Source of the DNA: Auanema rhodensis | Lineage: Eukaryota; Animalia; Nematoda | Assembly (NCBI GenBank): GCA_964057225.1 | Contig: OZ059900.1 | Coordinates: forward strand, 24,986,001-25,050,000 | Direction of reading: 5' to 3' | DNA: 64,000 bases | Notes under the pieces: model-generated | Database searches by the model: none | The model's input: only the letters and a program-made list of their open reading frames with translations | What the model was told of the DNA's origin: nothing | Shown: in pieces, positions 52,901 through 64,000 of the stretch | How positions within the stretch are numbered: position 1 is the first letter of the stretch | How the letters are laid out: every line of letters starts with the position of its first letter | Made by a program: the position numbers and the translations under genes

Positions 52901-54863
52901 GTTGCATTTGACGACTCATATGAACAAAAATCGATTTTATCAATATTAGCCATAAGGGGCGTGCCCTCAGAATATGCTAATTTCCTTAATTTTCTAACCC
53001 CTGTTTTTTTGTCGTGAAAGTGGAACTAGACGTTGTACGAACAATTTTGAGCTAGGTTTCATTGACATTGCATGAGTTTGAACACATGAAATCGTAAGTC
53101 AAAACCTTGTTTACAGCGAAATTTCCAAAAACTGGTTTTCCAGCATAATAAAATATTTCTCAAGGGAAAAACTGTGTTTTTATATTTTTCTAGTGTTCAG
53201 CATGTAAAATGCTTCATTTTAGTATGTAACACGGTGAAATTCCTTGCATTTGACGACTCATATGAACAAAAATCGATTTAATCAATATTAGCCATAAGGG
53301 GCGTGCCCTCAGAATATGCTAATTTCCTTAATTTTCTAACCCCTGTTTTTTTGTCGTGAAAGTGGAACTAGACGTTGTACGAACAATTTTGAGCTAGGTT
53401 TCATTGACATTGCATGAGTTTGAACACATGAAATCGTAAGTCAAAACCTTGTTTTCAGCGAAATTTCCAAAAACTGGTTTTCCAGCATAATACAATATTT
53501 CTCATGGGAAATACTGTGTTTTTGTATTTTTCTAGTGTTCAGAATGTAGAATGCTTCATTTTAGTACGTAACACGCTGAAATTCGTTGCATTTGACGACT
53601 CATATGAACAAAAATCGATTTAATCAATATTAGCCATAAGGGGCGTGCCCTCAGAATATGCTAATTTCCTTAATTTTCTAACCCCTGTTTTTTTGTCGTG
53701 AAAGTGGAACTAGACGTTGTACGAACAATTTTGAGCTAGGTTTCATTGACATTGCATGAGTTTGAACACATGAAATCGTAAGTCAAAACCTTGTTTACAG
53801 CGAAATTTCCAAAAACTGGTTTTCCAGCATAATAAAATATTTCTCATGGGAAATACTGTGTTTTTATATTTTTCTAGTGTTCAGCATGTAAAATGCTTCA
53901 TTTTAGTATGTAACACACTGAAATTTGTTGCATTTGACGACTCATATGAACAAAAATTGATTTAATCAATATTAGCCATAAGGGGCGTGCCCTCAGAATA
54001 TGCTAATTTCCTTAATTTTCTAACCCCTGTTTTTTTGTCGTGAAAGTGGAACTAGACGTTGTACGAACAATTTTGAGCTAGGTTTCATTGACATTGCATG
54101 AGTTTGAAAAAATGAAATCGTAAGTCAAAACCTTGTTTACAGCGAAATTTCCAAAAACTGGTTTTCCAGCATAATAAAATATTTCTCATGGGAAATACAG
54201 TGTTTTTGTATTTTTCTAGTGTTCAGCATGTAAAATGCGTCATTTTAGTATGTAAAACGCTGAAATTCGTTGCATTTGACGACTCATATGAACAAAAATC
54301 GATTTTATCAATATTAGCCATAAGGGGCGTGCCCTCAGAATATGCTAATTTCCTTAATTTTCTAACCCCTGTTTTTTTGTCGTGAAAGTGGAACTAGACG
54401 TTGTACGAACAATTTTGAGCTAGGTTTCATTGACATTGCATGAGTTTGAACACATGAAATCGTAAGTCAAAACCTTGTTTACAGCGAAATTTCCAAAAAC
54501 TGGTTTTCCAGCATAATAAAATATTTCTCATGGGAAATACAGTGTTTTTGTATTTTTCTAGTGTTCAGCATGTAAAATGCGTCATTTTAGTATGTAAAAC
54601 GCTGAAATTCGTTGCATTTGACGACTCATATGAACAAAAATCGATTTTATCAATATTAGCCATAAGGGGCGTGCCCTCAGAATATGCTAATTTCCTTAAT
54701 TTTCTAACCCCTGTTTTTTTGTCGTGAAAGTGGAACTAGACGTTGTACGAACAATTTTGAGCTAGGTTTCATTGACATTGCATGAGTTTGAACACATGAA
54801 ATCGTAAGTCAAAACCTTGTTTACAGCGAAATTTCCAAAAACTGGTTTTCCAGCATAATAAAA
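46998..54863 (+). repeat. Heterogeneous, weakly ordered domain
   Basis: Many local variants (GAAAAAATG, CACGGTG, ATTCCTT, CACACTG, AAATTGA, GTTCTTC, TTTAATG, CGTGGAAG) in mixed combinations, with only short duplications such as 51102-51785 vs 51786-52469. Confidence 0.7.
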
Positions 54864-57800
54864 TATTTCTCATGGGAAATACTGTGTTTTTGTATTTTTC
54901 TAGTGTTCAGCATGTAAAATGCTTCATTTTAGTATGTAACACGCTGAAATTCGTTGCATTTGACGACTCATATGAACAAAAATCGATTTAATCAATATTA
55001 GCCATAAGGGGCGTGCCCTCAGAATATGCTAATTTCCTTAATTTTCTAACCCCTGTTTTTTTGTCGTGAAAGTGGAACTAGACGTTGTACGAACAATTTT
55101 GAGCTAGGTTTCATTGACATTGCATGAGTTTGAACACATGAAATCGTAAGTCAAAACCTTGTTTACAGCGAAATTTCCAAAAACTGGTTTTCCAGCATAA
55201 TAAAATATTTCTCATGGGAAATACAGTGTTTTTGTATTTTTTTAGTGTTCAGCATGTAAAATGCGTCATTTTAGTATGTAAAACGCTGAAATTCGTTGCA
55301 TTTGACGACTCATATGAACAAAAATCGATTTTATCAATATTAGCCATAAGGGGCGTGCCCTCAGAATATGCTAATTTCCTTAATTTTCTAACCCCTGTTT
55401 TTTTGTCGTGAAAGTGGAACTAGACGATCTACGAACAATTTTGAGCTAGGTTTCATTGACATTGCATGAGTTTGAACACATGAAATCGTAAGTCAAAACC
55501 TTGTTTACAGCGAAATTTCCAAAAACTGGTTTTCCAGCATAATACAATATTTCTCATGGGAAATACTGTGTTTTTGTATTTTTCTAGTGTTCAGAATGTA
55601 GAATGCTTCATTTTAGTACGTAACACGCTAAAATTCGTTGCATTTGACGACTCATATGAACAAAAATCGATTTAATCAATATTAGCCATAAGGGGCGTGC
55701 CCTCAGAATATGCTAATTTCCTTAATTTTCTAACCCCTGTTTTTTTGTCGTGAAAGTGGAACTAGACGTTGTACGAACAATTTTGAGCTAGGTTTCATTG
55801 ACATTGCATGAGTTTGAACACATGAAATCGTAAGTCAAAACCTTGTTTACAGCGAAATTTCCAAAAACTGGTTTTCCAGCATAATAAAATATTTCTCATG
55901 GGAAATACTGTGTTTTTGTATTTTTCTAGTGTTCAGCATGTAAAATGCTTCATTTTAGTATGTAACACGCTGAAATTCGTTGCATTTGACGACTCATATG
56001 AACAAAAATCGATTTAATCAATATTAGCCATAAGGGGCGTGCCCTCAGAATATGCTAATTTCCTTAATTTTCTAACCCCTGTTTTTTTGTCGTGAAAGTG
56101 GAACTAGACGTTGTACGAACAATTTTGAGCTAGGTTTCATTGACATTGCATGAGTTTGAACACATGAAATCGTAAGTCAAAACCTTGTTTACAGCGAAAT
56201 TTCCAAAAACTGGTTTTCCAGCATAATAAAATATTTCTCATGGGAAATACAGTGTTTTTGTATTTTTTTAGTGTTCAGCATGTAAAATGCGTCATTTTAG
56301 TATGTAAAACGCTGAAATTCGTTGCATTTGACGACTCATATGAACAAAAATCGATTTTATCAATATTAGCCATAAGGGGCGTGCCCTCAGAATATGCTAA
56401 TTTCCTTAATTTTCTAACCCCTGTTTTTTTGTCGTGAAAGTGGAACTAGACGATGTACGAACAATTTTGAGCTAGGTTTCATTGACATTGCATGAGTTTG
56501 AACACATGAAATCGTAAGTCAAAACCTTGTTTACAGCGAAATTTCCAAAAACTGGTTTTCCAGCATAATACAATATTTCTCATGGGAAATACTGTGTTTT
56601 TGTATTTTTCTAGTGTTCAGAATGTAGAATGCTTCATTTTAGTACGTAACACGCTGAAATTCGTTGCATTTGACGACTCATATGAACAAAAATCGATTTA
56701 ATCAATATTAGCCATAAGGGGCGTGCCCTCAGAATATGCTAATTTCCTTAATTTTCTAACCCCTGTTTTTTTGTCGTGAAAGTGGAACTAGACGTTGTAC
56801 GAACAATTTTGAGCTAGGTTTCATTGACATTGCATGAGTTTGAACACATGAAATCGTAAGTCAAAACCTTGTTTACAGCGAAATTTCCAAAAACTGGTTT
56901 TCCAGCATAATACAATATTTCTCATGGGAAATACTGTGTTTTTGTATTTTTCTAGTGTTCAGCATGTAAAATGCTTCATTTTAGTATGTAACACGCTGAA
57001 ATTCGTTGCATTTGACGACTCATATGAACAAAAATCGATTTAATCAATATTAGCCATAAGGGGCGTGCCCTCAGAATATGCTAATTTCCTTAATTTTCTA
57101 ACCCCTGTTTTTTTGTCGTGAAAGTGGAACTAGACGTTGTACGAACAATTTTGAGCTAGGTTTCATTGACATTGCATGAGTTTGAACACATGAAATCGTA
57201 AGTCAAAACCTTGTTTACAGCGAAATTTCCAAAAACTGGTTTTCCAGCATAATAAAATATTTCTCATGGGAAATACTGTGTTTTTGTATTTTTTTAGTGT
57301 TCAGCATGTAAAATGCGTCATTTTAGTATGTAACACGCTGAAATTCGTTGCATTTGACGACTCATATGAACAAAAATCGATTTAATCAATATTAGCCATA
57401 AGGGGCGTGCCCTCAGAATATGCTAATTTCCTTAATTTTCTAACCCCTGTTTTTTTGTCGTGAAAGTGGAACTAGACGATGTACGAACAATTTTGAGCTA
57501 GGTTTCATTGACATTGCATGAGTTTGAACACATGAAATCGTAAGTCAAAACCTTGTTTACAGCGAAATTTCCAAAAACTGGTTTTCCAGCATAATACAAT
57601 ATTTCTCATGGGAAATACTGTGTTTTTGTATTTTTCTAGTGTTCAGAATGTAGAATGCTTCATTTTAGTACGTAACACGCTGAAATTCGTTGCATTTGAC
57701 GACTCATATGAACAAAAATCGATTTAATCAATATTAGCCATAAGGGGCGTGCCCTCAGAATATGCTAATTTCCTTAATTTTCTAACCCCTGTTTTTTTGT

Positions 57801-60800
57801 CGTGAAAGTGGAACTAGACGTTGTACGAACAATTTTGAGCTAGGTTTCATTGACATTGCATGAGTTTGAACACATGAAATCGTAAGTCAAAACCTTGTTT
57901 ACAGCGAAATTTCCAAAAACTGGTTTTCCAGCATAATAAAATATTTCTCATGGGAAATACTGTGTTTTTGTATTTTTCTAGTGTTCAGCATGTAAAATGC
58001 TTCATTTTAGTATGTAACACGCTGAAATTCGTTGCATTTGACGACTCATATGAACAAAAATCGATTTAATCAATATTAGCCATAAGGGGCGTGCCCTCAG
58101 AATATGCTAATTTCCTTAATTTTCTAACCCCTGTTTTTTTGTCGTGAAAGTGGAACTAGACGTTGTACGAACAATTTTGAGCTAGGTTTCATTGACATTG
58201 CATGAGTTTGAACACATGAAATCGTAAGTCAAAACCTTGTTTACAGCGAAATTTCCAAAAACTGGTTTTCCAGCATAATAAAATATTTCTCATGGGAAAT
58301 ACAGTGTTTTTGTATTTTTTTAGTGTTCAGCATGTAAAATGCGTCATTTTAGTATGTAACACGCTGAAATTCGTTGCATTTGACGACTCATATGAACAAA
58401 AATCGATTTTATCAATATTAGCCATAAGGGGCGTGCCCTCAGAATATGCTAATTTCCTTAATTTTCTAACCCCTGTTTTTTTGTCGTGAAAGTGGAACTA
58501 GACGTTGTACGAACAATTTTGAGCTAGGTTTCATTGACATTGCATGAGTTTGAACACATGAAATCGTAAGTCAAAACCTTGTTTACAGCGAAATTTCCAA
58601 AAACTGGTTTTCCAGCATAATAAAATATTTCTCATGGGAAATACTGTGTTTTTGTATTTTTTTAGTGTTCAGCATGTAAAATGCGTCATTTTAGTATGTA
58701 ACACGCTGAAATTCGTTGCATTTGACGACTCATATGAACAAAAATCGATTTAATCAATATTAGCCATAAGGGGCGTGCCCTCAGAATATGCTAATTTCCT
58801 TAATTTTCTAACCCCTGTTTTTTTGTCGTGAAAGTGGAACTAGACGATGTACGAACAATTTTGAGCTAGGTTTCATTGACATTGCATGAGTTTGAACACA
58901 TGAAATCGTAAGTCAAAACCTTGTTTACAGCGAAATTTCCAAAAACTGGTTTTCCAGCATAATACAATATTTCTCATGGGAAATACTGTGTTTTTGTATT
59001 TTTCTAGTGTTCAGAATGTAGAATGCTTCATTTTAGTACGTAACACGCTGAAATTCGTTGCATTTGACGACTCATATGAACAAAAATCGATTTAATCAAT
59101 ATTAGCCATAAGGGGCGTGCCCTCAGAATATGCTAATTTCCTTAATTTTCTAACCCCTGTTTTTTTGTCGTGAAAGTGGAACTAGACGTTGTACGAACAA
59201 TTTTGAGCTAGGTTTCATTGACATTGCATGAGTTTGAACACATGAAATCGTAAGTCAAAACCTTGTTTACAGCGAAATTTCCAAAAACTGGTTTTCCAGC
59301 ATAATAAAATATTTCTCATGGGAAATACTGTGTTTTTGTATTTTTCTAGTGTTCAGCATGTAAAATGCTTCATTTTAGTATGTAACACGCTGAAATTCGT
59401 TGCATTTGACGACTCATATGAACAAAAATCGATTTAATCAATATTAGCCATAAGGGGCGTGCCCTCAGAATATGCTAATTTCCTTAATTTTCTAACCCCT
59501 GTTTTTTTGTCGTGAAAGTGGAACTAGACGTTGTACGAACAATTTTGAGCTAGGTTTCATTGACATTGCATGAGTTTGAACACATGAAATCGTAAGTCAA
59601 AACCTTGTTTACAGCGAAATTTCCAAAAACTGGTTTTCCAGCATAATAAAATATTTCTCATGGGAAATACAGTGTTTTTGTATTTTTTTAGTGTTCAGCA
59701 TGTAAAATGCGTCATTTTAGTTTGTAAAACGCTGAAATTCGTTGCATTTGACGACTCATATGAACAAAAATCGATTTTATCAATATTAGCCATAAGGGGC
59801 GTGCCCTCAGAATATGCTAATTTCCTTAATTTTCTAACCCCTGTTTTTTTGTCGTGAAAGTGGAACTAGACGATGTACGAACAATTTTGAGCTAGGTTTC
59901 ATTGACATTGCATGAGTTTGAACACATGAAATCGTAAGTCAAAACCTTGTTTACAGCGAAATTTCCAAAAACTGGTTTTCCAGCATAATACAATATTTCT
60001 CATGGGAAATACTGTGTTTTTGTATTTTTCTAGTGTTCAGAATGTAGAATGCTTCATTTTAGTACGTAACACGCTGAAATTCGTTGCATTTGACGACTCA
60101 TATGAACAAAAATCGATTTAATCAATATTAGCCATAAGGGGCGTGCCCTCAGAATATGCTAATTTCCTTAATTTTCTAACCCCTGTTTTTTTGTCGTGAA
60201 AGTGGAACTAGACGTTGTACGAACAATTTTGAGCTAGGTTTCATTGACATTGCATGAGTTTGAACACATGAAATCGTAAGTCAAAACCTTGTTTACAGCG
60301 AAATTTCCAAAAACTGGTTTTCCAGCATAATAAAATATTTCTCATGGGAAATACTGTGTTTTTGTATTTTTCTAGTGTTCAGCATGTAAAATGCTTCATT
60401 TTAGTATGTAACACGCTGAAATTCGTTGCATTTGACGACTCATATGAACAAAAATCGATTTAATCAATATTAGCCATAAGGGGCGTGCCCTCAGAATATG
60501 CTAATTTCCTTAATTTTCTAACCCCTGTTTTTTTGTCGTGAAAGTGGAACTAGACGTTGTACGAACAATTTTGAGCTAGGTTTCATTGACATTGCATGAG
60601 TTTGAACACATGAAATCGTAAGTCAAAACCTTGTTTACAGCGAAATTTCCAAAAACTGGTTTTCCAGCATAATACAATATTTCTCATGGGAAATACTGTG
60701 TTTTTGTATTTTTCTAGTGTTCAGAATGTAGAATGCTTCATTTTAGTACGTAACACGCTGAAATTCGTTGCATTTGACGACTCATATGAACAAAAATCGA

Positions 60801-62387
60801 TTTAATCAATATTAGCCATAAGGGGCGTGCCCTCAGAATATGCTAATTTCCTTAATTTTCTAACCCCTGTTTTTTTGTCGTGAAAGTGGAACTAGACGTT
60901 GTACGAACAATTTTGAGCTAGGTTTCATTGACATTGCATGAGTTTGAACACATGAAATCGTAAGTCAAAACCTTGTTTACAGCGAAATTTCCAAAAACTG
61001 GTTTTCCAGCATAATAAAATATTTCTCATGGGAAATACTGTGTTTTTGTATTTTTCTAGTGTTCAGCATGTAAAATGCTTCATTTTAGTATGTAACACGC
61101 TGAAATTCGTTGCATTTGACGACTCATATGAACAAAAATCGATTTAATCAATATTAGCCATAAGGGGCGTGCCCTCAGAATATGCTAATTTCCTTAATTT
61201 TCTAACCCCTGTTTTTTTGTCGTGAAAGTGGAACTAGACGTTGTACGAACAATTTTGAGCTAGGTTTCATTGACATTGCATGAGTTTGAACACATGAAAT
61301 CGTAAGTCAAAACCTTGTTTACAGCGAAATTTCCAAAAACTGGTTTTCCAGCATAATAAAATATTTCTCATGGGAAATACAGTGTTTTTGTATTTTTTTA
61401 GTGTTCAGCATGTAAAATGCGTCATTTTAGTTTGTAAAACGCTGAAATTCGTTGCATTTGACGACTCATATGAACAAAAATCGATTTTATCAATATTAGC
61501 CATAAGGGGCGTGCCCTCAGAATATGCTAATTTCCTTAATTTTCTAACCCCTGTTTTTTTGTCGTGAAAGTGGAACTAGACGATGTACGAACAATTTTGA
61601 GCTAGGTTTCATTGACATTGCATGAGTTTGAACACATGAAATCGTAAGTCAAAACCTTGTTTACAGCGAAATTTCCAAAAACTGGTTTTCCAGCATAATA
61701 CAATATTTCTCATGGGAAATACTGTGTTTTTGTATTTTTCTAGTGTTCAGAATGTAGAATGCTTCATTTTAGTACGTAACACGCTGAAATTCGTTGCATT
61801 TGACGACTCATATGAACAAAAATCGATTTAATCAATATTAGCCATAAGGGGCGTGCCCTCAGAATATGCTAATTTCCTTAATTTTCTAACCCCTGTTTTT
61901 TTGTCGTGAAAGTGGAACTAGACGTTGTACGAACAATTTTGAGCTAGGTTTCATTGACATTGCATGAGTTTGAACACATGAAATCGTAAGTCAAAACCTT
62001 GTTTACAGCGAAATTTCCAAAAACTGGTTTTCCAGCATAATAAAATATTTCTCATGGGAAATACTGTGTTTTTGTATTTTTCTAGTGTTCAGCATGTAAA
62101 ATGCTTCATTTTAGTATGTAACACGCTGAAATTCGTTGCATTTGACGACTCATATGAACAAAAATCGATTTAATCAATATTAGCCATAAGGGGCGTGCCC
62201 TCAGAATATGCTAATTTCCTTAATTTTCTAACCCCTGTTTTTTTGTCGTGAAAGTGGAACTAGACGTTGTACGAACAATTTTGAGCTAGGTTTCATTGAC
62301 ATTGCATGAGTTTGAACACATGAAATCGTAAGTCAAAACCTTGTTTACAGCGAAATTTCCAAAAACTGGTTTTCCAGCATAATAAAA
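54864..62387 (+). repeat. Trimeric (1026-bp) higher-order repeat domain
   Basis: Repeating order: consensus / GCGTC+GACGAT / TACAAT+CAGAAT+GTAGAA+TACGTA. TACGTA sites at 55617, 56643, 57669, 59037, 60063, 60747 and 61773. Confidence 0.88.
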
Positions 62388-64000
62388 TATTTCTCAAGGG
62401 AAAAACTGTGTTTTTATATTTTTCTAGTGTTCAGCATGTGAAATGCTTAATTTTAGTATGTAACACGCTGAAATTTGTTGCATTTGACGACTCATATGAA
62501 CAAAAATCGATTTAATCAATATTAGCCATAAGGGGCGTGCCCTCAGAATATGCTAATTTCCTTAATTTTCTAACCCCTGTTTTTTTGTCGTGAAAGTGGA
62601 ACTAGACGTTGTACGAACAATTTTGAGCTAGGTTTCATTGACATTGCATGAGTTTGAACACATGAAATCGTAAGTCAAAACCTTGTTTACAGCGAAATTT
62701 CCAAAAACTGGTTTTCCAGCATAATAAAATATTTCTCATGGGAAATACTGTGTTTTTGTATTTTTTTAGTGTTCAGCATGTAAAATGCGTCATTTTAGTA
62801 TGTAAAACGCTGAAATTCGTTGCATTTGACGACTCATATGAACAAAAATCGATTTAATCAATATTAGCCATAAGGGGCGTGCCCTCAGAATATGCTAATT
62901 TCCTTAATTTTCTAACCCCTGTTTTTTTGTCGTGAAAGTGGAACTAGACGTTGTACGAACAATTTTGAGCTAGGTTTCATTGACATTGCATGAGTTTGAA
63001 CACATGAAATCGTAAGTCAAAACCTTGTTTACAGCGAAATTTCCAAAAACTGGTTTTCCAGCATAATAAAATATTTCTCATGGGAAATACTGTGTTTTTG
63101 TATTTTTCTAGTGTTCAGCATGTAAAATGCTTCATTTTAGTATGTAACACGCTGAAATTCGTTGCATTTGACGACTCATATGAACAAAAATCGATTTAAT
63201 CAATATTAGCCATAAGGGGCGTGCCCTCAGAATATGCTAATTTCCTTAATTTTCTAACCCCTGTTTTTTTGTTGTGAAAGTGGAACTAGACGTTGTACGA
63301 ACAATTTTGAGCTAGGTTTCATTGACATTGCATGAGTTTGAACACATGAAATCGTAAGTCAAAACCTTGTTTACAGCGAAATTTCCAAAAACTGGTTTTC
63401 CAGCATAATAAAATATTTCTCATGGGAAATACTGTGTTTTTGTATTTTTCTAGTGTTCAGCATGTAAAATGCTTCATTTTAGTATGTGACACGCTGAAAT
63501 TCGTTGCATTTGACGACTCATATGAACAAAAATCGATTTAATCAATATTAGCCATAAGGGGCGTGCCCTCAGAATATGCTAATTTCCTTAATTTTCTAAC
63601 CCCTGTTTTTTTGTCGTGAAAGTGGAACTAGACGTTGTACGAACAATTTTGAGCTAGGTTTCATTGACATTGCATCAGTTTGAACACATGAAATCGTAAG
63701 TCAAAACCTTGTTTACAGCGAAATTTCCAAAAACTGGTTTTCCAGCATAATAAAATATTTCTCATGGGAAATACTGTGTTTTTGTATTTTTCTAGTGTTC
63801 AACATGTAAAATGCTTCATTTTAGTATGTAACACGCTGAAATTCGTTGCATTTGACGACTCATATGAACAAAAATCGATTTAATCAATATTAGCCATAAG
63901 GGGCGTGCCCTCAGAATATGCTAATTTCCTTAATTTTCTAACCCCTGTTTTTTTGTCGTGAAAGTGGAACTAGACGTTGTACGAACAATTTTGAGCTAGG

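Larger units (their letters stand above)
1..64000. repeat. 342-bp satellite DNA tandem array (187 units + partial), likely centromeric/pericentromeric; continues beyond both window edges
   Basis: The same 342-bp unit recurs at 1, 343, 685, 1027, ... 63756. The bookkeeping closes exactly: 187x342 - 13 single-base deletions - 186 = 63755. Most monomers differ from consensus at only a handful of positions, and all are in the same orientation. The centromeric assignment is inference. Confidence 0.99.

Noticed and set aside
1350-61567. Dozens of near-identical 61-99 aa ORFs (MGNTVFLYF...LTPVFLS)
   Set aside because: They are the same satellite frame, opened mainly by the position-127 TAA>TTA variant; most monomers have the stop. 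Further in-frame stops at positions 216, 237 and 252 are almost invariant. The peptide has no recognisable domain and the variants show no synonymous bias.
1-64000. Primate alpha-satellite dimer (342 = 2x171), including a pJalpha-like TTTTCCACCATA in a minority variant
   Set aside because: I see no extended similarity to the alpha-satellite consensus. The length and the short motif match are likely coincidental.
1-64000. CRISPR array or a repeat-plus-variable-cassette system
   Set aside because: There are no unique spacers or cassettes. Units differ only by scattered SNPs, and no associated genes are present.

Overview
The whole 64-kb window is one uninterrupted, head-to-tail, single-orientation array of a 342-bp AT-rich satellite DNA (about 34% GC by my count), typical of eukaryotic centromeric or pericentromeric heterochromatin. 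It contains 187 units plus a 245-bp partial unit. Of these, 173 are full-length, 13 are 341 bp (1-bp deletions) and one is a 156-bp unit with a 186-bp internal deletion. I see no genes, RNA genes, transposon insertions, inversions or unique sequence. The ORF track is an artefact: one recurrent SNP (TAA>TTA, monomer position 127) opens the same frame in some monomers. The information lies in how variants are arranged. Reading diagnostic SNPs monomer by monomer gives successive domains with different higher-order repeat (HOR) organisation: a 16/6/10/16-mer family at 0.7-17 kb, a modular 8/6/4/7-mer domain at 24-37 kb, a ClaI-minus domain with a short trimer at 37-47 kb, a heterogeneous zone at 47-55 kb, and a young trimeric HOR at 55-62 kb. 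The monomer itself is dense in dyad symmetries, has ~10-bp phased A/T tracts and carries fossil internal repeats (22 bp, ~57 bp, possibly 171 bp). Its recurrent polymorphism is concentrated in one half. I cannot identify the organism or show centromere function from sequence alone. Monomer positions are counted from TATTTCTCATGGG; a pure consensus monomer is 3421-3762.
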